Source: a virus. Taken from it: 64,000 bases of DNA. The notes below the pieces were generated by a model, which was not told where the DNA came from, did no database searches, and saw nothing but the letters and a program-made list of their open reading frames with translations. The DNA lies in the IMG/VR virus record IMGVR_UViG_3300027419_000023; one strand, given 5' to 3'. A program made the position numbers and the translations under genes. Every line of letters begins with the position of its first letter. Positions within the stretch are counted from its first letter, which is position 1. Below, piece by piece: positions 55,974-64,000 of the stretch.

Positions 55974-57270
55974 CTAAAGTTATTTGCATGGTTGCTCGTT
56001 TTGGGAACGATCTCTTACTTAAGATATCGCAGTCTATACTAGCCAAATATAATCTTGTCACAATATCAAAATCAATGCTACTAATATTGTGAAAAATTGA
56101 CATAATGTCCGTGCGGTAGGCTCGTTGCTTGGTAACCTGAGATATCATATCGGATTGAATGTACTTTTCTAAGCCATCCTTGGAGAAGTAACCTTCCAGT
56201 ACGTATGGGACGTCAATATCATCTTTCTCTGTTATAATATCAACTAGTAGATTTTTATATATGACTCCAAATAATCCAGTATACATGGAATAAGTTTTAT
56301 TATTATATGCCTGGAATAATGCACCTATTAGTAACGACTTCTGGAAATACTTTTGCAATGCTATATCATTATCCGTGCTAGCAAGATTCTGGAATATTCC
56401 AATTAGGTCAAATTCATAGGAAGTATCTTCGTTTCTGTGTTGAACTGCCAAATAATTATTGTATGGTAACCATATGGGTCCATTCATTACAATATCAATA
56501 TATAAATCAACAAATGGTAACATTAGATCGTAAGATATACCTGCAGCTAACATCTGTGGTATTAATATATCTAAGGTTTCCTGTTTTTCTTTTGCAATTC
56601 TCATTGCAGAGATAGTGTCAAATGTTATTTTGACGTTAGCTGGCCAGCTTCCAGTTACATTTGAGGATTCCTCGCCGATAACGTTATCTATGATAGACTC
56701 GCAATTAGCTTTGGTTCCCGAACTATTCAGAATGTTAGTGCGGGTCTTTAACCTATCCCTGTATGAAGTGTCATCTTCTCCAGAAATTCTTGGTAGATCG
56801 TAAATTAGACCCCATGCATTATCAAGTTCCTCGTCCCAAGCATAATCCAACTTAAGTGCATTTGTCATTGTTTCCATTTGGCGCCATACTGCATCAAGAA
56901 TATCAGCATATGACTTTGCAATGGCGTCTATGACACTAGTCGAAGGTATTATAGAATCGCGGGATGGCCTTAGGATTATGTCAAAATTTGCACTGGATAA
57001 TGTTCTCAGTAATGACGTATTGACTTGGTATGTCTTGCTAAGATCAGATCTAGCTATGGCAAGTAAACCGTCATAGGTCGTTGTGAGCAACTTGTTTAGT
57101 GCTAAATCATAAGTCCGGTATAGCGAATACCGTATGGTGCCCGGTGGATCCTCGATCGGTTCGGAACCACTAAACACCGCCCACATGTCCATGTCATAAC
57201 TTTTTGATAGAACGGAAAAAGAATCTCCGATACCAGGAACTTCTCCTATGGCGGTTTCACCAATTAACAT
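55963..57270 (-). CDS. baseplate wedge gpI/DUF2313-like protein with 14-aa repeats
   Basis: ELDNAWGLIYDLPRISGEDDTSYRDRLK...GTK...AAGI. Confidence 0.75.
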   Translation of the reverse strand: MLIGETAIGEVPGIGDSFSVLSKSYDMDMWAVFSGSEPIEDPPGTIRYSLYRTYDLALNKLLTTTYDGLLAIARSDLSKTYQVNTSLLRTLSSANFDIILRPSRDSIIPSTSVIDAIAKSYADILDAVWRQMETMTNALKLDYAWDEELDNAWGLIYDLPRISGEDDTSYRDRLKTRTNILNSSGTKANCESIIDNVIGEESSNVTGSWPANVKITFDTISAMRIAKEKQETLDILIPQMLAAGISYDLMLPFVDLYIDIVMNGPIWLPYNNYLAVQHRNEDTSYEFDLIGIFQNLASTDNDIALQKYFQKSLLIGALFQAYNNKTYSMYTGLFGVIYKNLLVDIITEKDDIDVPYVLEGYFSKDGLEKYIQSDMISQVTKQRAYRTDIMSIFHNISSIDFDIVTRLYLASIDCDILSKRSFPKRATMQITLVGA

Positions 57271-57307
57271 TAGTCACGCTCCCAAAGTTTTATTTTAAAA
57301 AAAGTAA

Positions 57308-57946
57308 TTATAGTTTGGTTTGATTCGGTTCTAGGGATTCAACATCTACTATGTCTTTCCTAATTATTATTCGGAATTTACCTTCGATTTCAATAGCATA
57401 ATCGGTATTTTCTATGATGTCTTGAACGCGTTCTAAGTATCGGGTTCTATTCAACCCGTATGGAATTTCACAGTACGGACAGTTAGTTTCACCGCGCACA
57501 TTCTTCTTAACTAGATCTCTATTTATGTTTTGACGGCCACATTGTTTACAAGACCATTCATCAGTTTGGCCGCAATTAGGACATTGAGCCCATTTAGAAC
57601 TATCCATGTGTTTCCATTGGGTACCGCACGTTCTACAATAAAAATGATTAGTTAGCTGGATTTCATTGTCCCAGTAGGCTTTGATTTTATCTCCGGGTAA
57701 AATATTAAAGTTCCAGGTGGGTAAAGGTACCGAAACTCCTGGAATTTTATTAGCTTGCATTGCTAATGCGACTTCCGGACTTATTGGAGCAATAACCAGT
57801 TTAGTCAGTGGAACGTCAGCTGTATCCGTCCAATGTTGTTGCTTGCCGTCGGACGTAAACTGTGGTATAAACTTTTCTATGTTGTTTTCGTCTCGATAAA
57901 TCTTAATCCATTGATATTCGATAATTGCGGACATTTCAGATACCAT
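57308..57946 (-). CDS. multi-zinc-ribbon protein
   Basis: Four CxxC pairs. Confidence 0.65.
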   Translation of the reverse strand: MVSEMSAIIEYQWIKIYRDENNIEKFIPQFTSDGKQQHWTDTADVPLTKLVIAPISPEVALAMQANKIPGVSVPLPTWNFNILPGDKIKAYWDNEIQLTNHFYCRTCGTQWKHMDSSKWAQCPNCGQTDEWSCKQCGRQNINRDLVKKNVRGETNCPYCEIPYGLNRTRYLERVQDIIENTDYAIEIEGKFRIIIRKDIVDVESLEPNQTKL

Positions 57947-58508
57947 GCCGTCCAGATGTAACTAATTTCTCTACGACATCAGTAACCAAGTTTTTCATAT
58001 CTTTGTTTAGGTCTTTTATGGCTTTGCTGACCGCGTAATCATAGATATACTGGTTGACAGGTACGAGGCTATCCAATTTATTTTGCGGGATATCCCACGG
58101 TTCGCTACAATTCGTAAAGAAATATCTATTGAATACAGAAGAATTAGATTCCGGAATAGCAAATTCCTGTTGGTATAGTGTACAATCCTGATATATCTTT
58201 AGTACCTTAGGACAACCTTCATTATATTTCTGACGTACATAAAGATCGAAATGAGTGCCATTCTCGTAGAGTTCCTCGATTAGATCCTTATGAATTTTGA
58301 CGTTAATATAGAATGACTGAAGTTCTAAGATGCCACAAAAATCTAATCCAAACTTTTCCACCAAGAACTTTCTACACGGTATAACGTAACCAGTTGACAA
58401 ATCTGGAAGCACCACGTTATCGTTGTCTGTTTTCAGCCATTCTGGGATGATTTGCAATATGGTATCTCCGGGTGTTAATGAAAATATTGTTTCTTGCCTA
58501 TCTTTCAT
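57936..58508 (-). CDS. tail-tube-like paralog
   Basis: PGD...FDLYV...YQDCTL...RYFF parallels tube PGD...FDIVI...FKRCLL...KYSF. Confidence 0.45.
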   Translation of the reverse strand: MKDRQETIFSLTPGDTILQIIPEWLKTDNDNVVLPDLSTGYVIPCRKFLVEKFGLDFCGILELQSFYINVKIHKDLIEELYENGTHFDLYVRQKYNEGCPKVLKIYQDCTLYQQEFAIPESNSSVFNRYFFTNCSEPWDIPQNKLDSLVPVNQYIYDYAVSKAIKDLNKDMKNLVTDVVEKLVTSGRHGI

Positions 58509-58562
58509 AATTATCCTTTATTCTCCTAAAAATGTTATATTTTTATTTTATTTATATATTTT

Positions 58563-59738
58563 TTATTTTAATTTTTCTTTTAGTTTTGATAGTTCGATAT
58601 CTTCCATGTACCATAATTTTACTTGGTCTTCTATTGGTATGCCAGAATTCCGTATATTAATTGGTTTCTTGCTTAATATCATTTCTTCAATATATTCAAT
58701 TTGATTTAAATATATTAATAATAGTTTTTCATTTGGATATATCTTATTAAATTCAATTAATTTTTGTTTACTACTCCAACTAAGATAACCTTTTATTTCT
58801 ATCCATATGTTTAAATCTGGTAAATATATATCAGGACGATATGATGTATGCAAATTATTTAGCGAAAATGCATATGGTTCATATTCCCAGCATATTTTTA
58901 ACTCTTCTAGTATGCTAGCAAATCTAAATTCATACGAAGACCGGAGCCATATCTTTTTACCATTTTTGCATATAAATACCCTTCCAGAAATACTTCCAGT
59001 ATTAATTGGATTTGCATTATTTTTGTGCCATTCTACCATACTATCTGAAATCTTAGCAGCAACTTCTGGTCTCATAGAAGGATTGTTTACCTTCATTAGA
59101 AGTGAATGATCTTTCCTAGCTTCTGGATGCTCATCGAAGTACTTAAATATCGGTGCCACACGCTGTATTTTTTCTTCGTTAGAAAGAGGATGATCAATAT
59201 AATATTGCCTACGTTTCTTTGCTGCTTCTTCTAATATTTCTGGATGGTTTTTATAATATTGTTTTAGATATTCCCCTTGTTCTTTTGCAACATCAGGATG
59301 ATCAATGTGAAATTGTTTTCTATTTTCTGATAAATTTATAGCAGCTTCAGGATGATCTTGGTAGAATTTAATCAAAGAAGATTTTTGACGTTCTATTTGA
59401 TCGTGGCTTAGTTTAACGCCATATCTAGGATTACCTTCGCCTGACATTTTTTCGGATAATTTTGCACGTGTTTCTTCAGAAACTTCATGCCTAGCATTTG
59501 CAATTGATATCTTTTGTTTTGTTTCTTCGGAATGGTGTTTACCATAATTCCAATGTAAATCGTTAGAATGACATTCAGAACCAGTTCTGACTGGTATTTC
59601 GTGACGATGAATCCAAAGACGCACAGTTTCTGGTATAATATCGAGTTCTTTTGCAATTTTTGTTATAGATTTACGTTTATTTACGTATTGGTCATATAGC
59701 CATTCTCTGTCTTTACAATATTTATTTGGTGCTGTCAT
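58563..59738 (-). mobile_element. free-standing homing-endonuclease-like gene (HTH, NUMOD3, helical repeats, PD-(D/E)XK)
   Basis: YGKHHSEETKQKIS, WLRSSYE...WEYE...YRPDIYLP...IEIKG; own promoter at 59764-59781. Confidence 0.8.
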
Positions 59739-59841
59739 ATACTAGTAATAATGTATGATCTAGTATATAAATGTTTTGGTCTAAAAATGAAATAGAAATA
59801 GGTATAAGCCTATTTTTACATTTTTATTATAATTTATTTAT

Positions 59842-60429
59842 TTATATCTCATCGTATCTAAATACCAAAGTTTCTGCCGCCTTATCTCCTTGGGTGGCAT
59901 CAGTATCTATTTTGACCTGAGTCACGACCATCTTGCTTTCACCGGCAGACGTATAAGCGGTACTGTCAATGAGCAGTGTGGATCCACTTACATATGTGTC
60001 GGCATCGGCAGGCACGGCATGATTAGCAGAACCAGATTTGTAATAGGTGTGCCCATTTGTGACGTCGTCCATCCAGTTGCCAGTTGTACCTAATGTACCG
60101 GTTGCTTGGACATAAGATGCTACTGGGCAACCATTGTCTCCAGTGGATTTTACTCCGACATACAGACCGCCTGCGGTTCCTAGGGCCCAGTTTGTTGCAA
60201 CTGAACCAGATGTATACCAACGGATGTTACTAATCTGGGTGAAATCTCCGGAAAATGCTAGGTTATGACTTTTCCAGTACGAATAGTTGTAACCGGAGGT
60301 CGGCACCACACAGGGATTTGATAAACCTGGGTTGTAAGAATCTGATGTGCAATATCTGCCTTGAGTAATTACTGTTCCAGTACCTGGTGTGGTACTGTTA
60401 TATTCCTTAACGTTCATCGTAGCGACCAT
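59842..60429 (-). CDS. putative virion structural protein
   Basis: Thr/Gly-rich beta protein, YSYWK...YDEI; within the structural module. Confidence 0.6.
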   Translation of the reverse strand: MVATMNVKEYNSTTPGTGTVITQGRYCTSDSYNPGLSNPCVVPTSGYNYSYWKSHNLAFSGDFTQISNIRWYTSGSVATNWALGTAGGLYVGVKSTGDNGCPVASYVQATGTLGTTGNWMDDVTNGHTYYKSGSANHAVPADADTYVSGSTLLIDSTAYTSAGESKMVVTQVKIDTDATQGDKAAETLVFRYDEI

Positions 60430-60528
60430 TTTTATAAACTCCTTTTTATAATATTATTTAAATATATTAATATGAATCTTTTTCAATTGATTGTTGAGAA
60501 CTTTTTCTCATGCAAATTCTCTTTGTTT

Positions 60529-60927
60529 CTATTTGCCGCTTAACTTATCCTTTGTAATGTCGAATAGTTTATCAGCTATTTCCGGCATTAACTGTGAATC
60601 AAAAATTTCATCGTAAGTTGATCGAATAAATGATCTTGTCGGTATATCATTGGTCCCATACTCGTTATAGCACGCGTATTCAGCAATACCTTCTTCAAAT
60701 ATACCAGCTTTAATTGTTAGTAATTCGGGATTGGAAAAATCTACTTCGTGTGATACCGATTCTAACATTTCTCCGGTGTCAATTAAGGTATGCGAAGATC
60801 CTTTTGCTTTGATTGTTGATGCGGCGTTTGGCGGTGGTACATTAGACAGTATTTTTATTCGAATAGCATTTTCGATCTTCATACCGACGTCGTTAGCCAT
60901 TTCTAGCATGTCGTCATTATATGGCAT
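60529..60927 (-). CDS. neck / tail-completion protein (HK97 gp10-like)
   Basis: PPNAASTIKAKGSSHTLIDTG, YACYNEYGT..IP.RSF. Confidence 0.85.
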   Translation of the reverse strand: MPYNDDMLEMANDVGMKIENAIRIKILSNVPPPNAASTIKAKGSSHTLIDTGEMLESVSHEVDFSNPELLTIKAGIFEEGIAEYACYNEYGTNDIPTRSFIRSTYDEIFDSQLMPEIADKLFDITKDKLSGK

Positions 60928-60938
60928 AGAATCCTACC

Positions 60939-61964
60939 TTACCAAGCTGATAGACCTACTATTTGAGGGCTAGCCCCGCATGATGGTCGGTATACCGTTG
61001 TTAACAATCTTGCTGGAATTATATATCTACTACTAGGAATATTACTATCAGTAGTCGTCGCAGAATAAGTATGATTATGAATGTATGATGTTGCAATGAA
61101 TCCGCCATCTATAGAACCAATACCGATAGTTGGATAATAATCACTTAGTGTACCAGTTAGTGAATGACTATGAGTGTCTGAACCTCCTAGTGTTGGATTG
61201 TAGTTGCCAGATTTAAGATTTTTACCGTTCCAGGTTGTTAGAACTTCCCATAGGGAACCTACTGCTCCATCTACGAATACGACCGTTCCTGATAAGGTTT
61301 TTGTTGTTTCAGCAAGCACTTCATAAAGTCTCGTGACTATATATGCTGGTTCCTGGTAAGTGCTAGTCGAAGAAACTGAAACACTACCACCGTGATTATG
61401 TGTTGTACCAACATTTGTTATTTTCTCACCTGATCCAGCAGCAGTAATAATAGGAGTAGGTGAGTTACCTACGGATGCTGTAGCATTATGACTATGAGTC
61501 GAAGTGCTACCGGCTGTAGTACCTGGAGTTGCATTCGTAATAAAACGGCCATCTGCACTGGTAAATCTGGATAAATAACCGGCGTCAGTTAAGACACCAT
61601 TGGAAACCAGTACGACTCCGTCCGGAAATGTTCTCTTGGTAGATTCCCAGAGAGCGAGATCCATGTAGATAATATCTAGTCCGTACGAAGGAGGAGTATT
61701 ATTGGCTGAAGGCCAAGAGGTTGTCAGTAAATGTCTATGATCTTCTGTGCAATAAGTACTGTATGGAGTTGTAGTCGGTGCAGTATCACTAGAATATCCT
61801 GTGTAATTCGAAGATGGTACCGGAACGTGCGTTGTAGATCCAACACTAGTCCAATGAGATGCCGTGGTAGTAGTACACCTCAAATATTGATTAGTGCGGG
61901 TTAACCTCGTCCACGGACTTGGAGGATCAGAAGTTTCCTTCCAAAAAACATAAAGATTAGTCAT
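60939..61964 (-). CDS. tail-fibre/collar-like protein
   Basis: Three repeats containing GSxTHxH metal-binding motifs. Confidence 0.65.
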   Translation of the reverse strand: MTNLYVFWKETSDPPSPWTRLTRTNQYLRCTTTTASHWTSVGSTTHVPVPSSNYTGYSSDTAPTTTPYSTYCTEDHRHLLTTSWPSANNTPPSYGLDIIYMDLALWESTKRTFPDGVVLVSNGVLTDAGYLSRFTSADGRFITNATPGTTAGSTSTHSHNATASVGNSPTPIITAAGSGEKITNVGTTHNHGGSVSVSSTSTYQEPAYIVTRLYEVLAETTKTLSGTVVFVDGAVGSLWEVLTTWNGKNLKSGNYNPTLGGSDTHSHSLTGTLSDYYPTIGIGSIDGGFIATSYIHNHTYSATTTDSNIPSSRYIIPARLLTTVYRPSCGASPQIVGLSAW

Positions 61965-63074
61965 TTAAGTTGCTTCCAGTGTAAGAATACACACAATCTG
62001 TTTACATGTCGTGATATCAGAAATTACTATCGTCAACCAGTATCCGGCAGTCACTGCAATACTGAGTCCGGTTTCATGATATGATGACGTTGATAGTACG
62101 TAGGTATCCACTACGCTTCCTAAGGTACCATTGTATAAGTGACGGTATAACTTGCAAGTAGCAGTACCCGCAAGTAATGTACCGGCGGAGTCAAAACTGC
62201 GTATTCTAGCCTCAACAATATTAGCATTTATTGGTATTCTGATTGTCTGGGCAGAACTATAAATTACGTTAATTCCATCGCCAAATGGAAATGCTACGTC
62301 AAACGTTCTTGTGGTCCAAACTGGAGTGGAACTACCCTGAATATATGCTTGACCTTCATTGCCAGCAGCAATTCTTGTTAGACCTGAAGCTCCACGAGCC
62401 AACGTATCTCCTTCGGTCGTCAGCACTGCCGTAGTTGCTGTATTCGTTAGGTTGTAGCCACTCACAGCAGGTAACCTGGATGAGGAATCCAGTTGGACGA
62501 GATTATTTGCAGCCGTACCAACCGTATAACCATCCGATAAGGTGTTTGCAGTACTTGACCAGTATGGTACCTTGCCCGACGTTGTTGTAGTCGGAGCTAT
62601 AGCAGAGTAAGGCCCATAAGTTGCAATGTCATTTATGGAGGCATTAAGGATTGAAGTGACACCCGCGCCCACGTAAACAAGAGCTAAGATCACGCCACCG
62701 GGAATTGTTGTCCCAGGCGCCGGAGTTGACATTTCCTTGAAGTCTGTTTTAGAACTTGGAGAAATGGCTGTAGGTGTGCCTGTATAGACTGCAGGAGTGC
62801 CTGACGTATTTATATAAATAACATCTAATCTAGGCAATGTCGGATTAGCCGCAGTGATCGTTAAGGTTGTACTAGAGACCGTGGTCATGGCGACTGCATA
62901 TCCTAGTTGAACGTACCCAGCATCGACTAATACCGACATACCAGGTGTACTGGATTGATGTACGTCACAACCACTTAATACATAATAGCCAGAATCACCG
63001 CGACTTTGTGACAGCACATGAGCTGACGTAAATTGTTGACCTTTTGCCGTTTGGATTGTACCTACATTTGCCAT
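61965..63074 (-). CDS. virion fibre/appendage protein
   Basis: PGMSVLVDAG, ANPTLPRLD, VGTAANNLVQLD fibre modules. Confidence 0.65.
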   Translation of the reverse strand: MANVGTIQTAKGQQFTSAHVLSQSRGDSGYYVLSGCDVHQSSTPGMSVLVDAGYVQLGYAVAMTTVSSTTLTITAANPTLPRLDVIYINTSGTPAVYTGTPTAISPSSKTDFKEMSTPAPGTTIPGGVILALVYVGAGVTSILNASINDIATYGPYSAIAPTTTTSGKVPYWSSTANTLSDGYTVGTAANNLVQLDSSSRLPAVSGYNLTNTATTAVLTTEGDTLARGASGLTRIAAGNEGQAYIQGSSTPVWTTRTFDVAFPFGDGINVIYSSAQTIRIPINANIVEARIRSFDSAGTLLAGTATCKLYRHLYNGTLGSVVDTYVLSTSSYHETGLSIAVTAGYWLTIVISDITTCKQIVCILTLEAT

Positions 63075-63110
63075 AGATTCTCCTTGATTTGGTATGATAT
63101 ATTACTGTAT

Positions 63111-63698
63111 TTATAATGTATTTACGTCGAATGCAGCAACAGCGCCCTTAATCACGCACGTTAGGTCAGCACTTCCAGCATCGACAACCTTAATGCGACA
63201 GTATAATTGCTCGCCGCTGTCAATGTAGTCTTGTTCTGCTGAAGGAATTGTGACCACAAATGTATGAGTTCCGGCAACTAATCGCTCGGCTTTCGTGTCG
63301 TATGCATCGTCGTAGTCGTCTCCTGAATCTCCCGCGAGCACGGAACCTACCGGAGCACTACCATCAGCTGGAGTAGTAACCTGAACGATATTGATCTCAA
63401 AGTCGTCGTTAGTTGTACTAAGAGTACCACCTAGAGTTGCAACTACGGTAACTGACTTTAGTTTGGCGCCTTTATCAGCTGTCGTTCTAAACGGCATTAT
63501 AATAGGAACTGTATAATAGTCCGTTTGTGTAGCAGGAGTTCTAGTTACCAAAATCACGTCACTACTGTCGGTTACGGTCCAAGTTCCTGCCGAAAACACC
63601 GGAGGAGCTAACTGTAATTGTACCTGGTAATCTGTTTTGGGTTCGCTTGCGGTTATGACACCGCCGTCGATATCAAATGTGCCTGTCAAATAAATCAC
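63111..63698 (-). CDS. putative virion structural protein
   Basis: Beta-rich, acidic; structural module. Confidence 0.55.
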   Translation of the reverse strand: MIYLTGTFDIDGGVITASEPKTDYQVQLQLAPPVFSAGTWTVTDSSDVILVTRTPATQTDYYTVPIIMPFRTTADKGAKLKSVTVVATLGGTLSTTNDDFEINIVQVTTPADGSAPVGSVLAGDSGDDYDDAYDTKAERLVAGTHTFVVTIPSAEQDYIDSGEQLYCRIKVVDAGSADLTCVIKGAVAAFDVNTL

Positions 63699-63710
63699 AA
63701 CTTGTAAATT

Positions 63711-63995
63711 TTATAGATCATCTATTTTCAATGGATAAATTGTTAAACTGCCTGTCCCGGAAATCGTGCCAGTATTCGTTAACTTTCCTGAATTATACAA
63801 GAAGGTAACATCACCATTAATAGTCATATTTCCGGCATTAATCATATCAGAATTTGGACCAATATAACCAAGTAAAGTTTCTCCAGATTTTACAGTCCAT
63901 GACCTACCAGAACCTAAATTCATATAGGAAGTGGTTACCATCTCAGCACTTCTGCCAGAATTTAATTGAACTGTATCAGATGGTTGATAACCCAA
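63711..63995 (-). CDS. putative structural protein, possibly 5'-truncated by the window edge
   Basis: Asn/Gly-rich beta repeats. Confidence 0.5.
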   Translation of the reverse strand: MGYQPSDTVQLNSGRSAEMVTTSYMNLGSGRSWTVKSGETLLGYIGPNSDMINAGNMTINGDVTFLYNSGKLTNTGTISGTGSLTIYPLKIDDL

Positions 63996-64000
63996 ATCCA

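Noticed and set aside
31881-59738. Endonucleases as intron- or intein-encoded ORFs
   Set aside because: Flanking genes appear complete, and no intein or group I intron signature was recognised.
297-60973. Most plus-strand ORF-track calls (e.g. 297-722, 6290-6694, 13649-14008, 47522-47878, 48062-48532)
   Set aside because: Antisense shadows of well-supported minus-strand genes, without RBS or promoter.
1-64000. CRISPR or mini-CRISPR array
   Set aside because: No 25-40-nt direct repeats with regular spacers seen in any intergenic region; the recurring motif is a dispersed promoter.
1-64000. Stop-codon reassignment (amber/pyrrolysine readthrough)
   Set aside because: Conserved genes are uninterrupted in the standard code, and TAG stops fall at plausible C-termini.
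1-64000. Integrase, capsid, portal or terminase genes
   Set aside because: None recognised; the head and packaging module probably lies beyond the right edge, so lifestyle cannot be determined.

Overview
This 64-kb window is part of a large, AT-rich, contractile-tailed (myovirus-like) virus genome, almost entirely encoded on the minus strand. The host is most likely an anaerobic archaeon, probably a methanogen; this is inferred from BRE+TATA promoters, GGAGG/GGTGA ribosome-binding sites, archaeal-type PolB, Hpt, dUTPase, XPD and ERCC4, and a class III RNR. Positions 1-38.1 kb hold early/middle genes for replication, recombination, nucleotide metabolism and host takeover: PolB, XPD-like helicase, D5-type SF3 helicase, NrdD/NrdG, dUTPase, Hpt, exonuclease, phosphoesterase, HslV-like protease, Rnl5-type RNA ligase, deaminase, Hsp20, AAA recombinase with SSB, and many small ORFs. 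Positions 38.2-64 kb hold the tail, baseplate and neck module, with inserted homing-endonuclease-like genes. The most notable observations are: (1) a separately promoted 62-nt tRNA-like RNA with no canonical anticodon arm, in a three-promoter structured-RNA cassette; (2) an AcrIII-1/DUF1874 ring nuclease; (3) repeated use of ATA (AUA) start codons, best shown by the HslV gene; (4) a -1 frameshift tail chaperone; (5) an AT-rich palindromic origin candidate; (6) an orphan tail-fibre C-terminus that records receptor-module swapping; (7) a 14-residue repeat shared by three virion proteins. All family assignments come from motif recognition by eye; no database searches were run.
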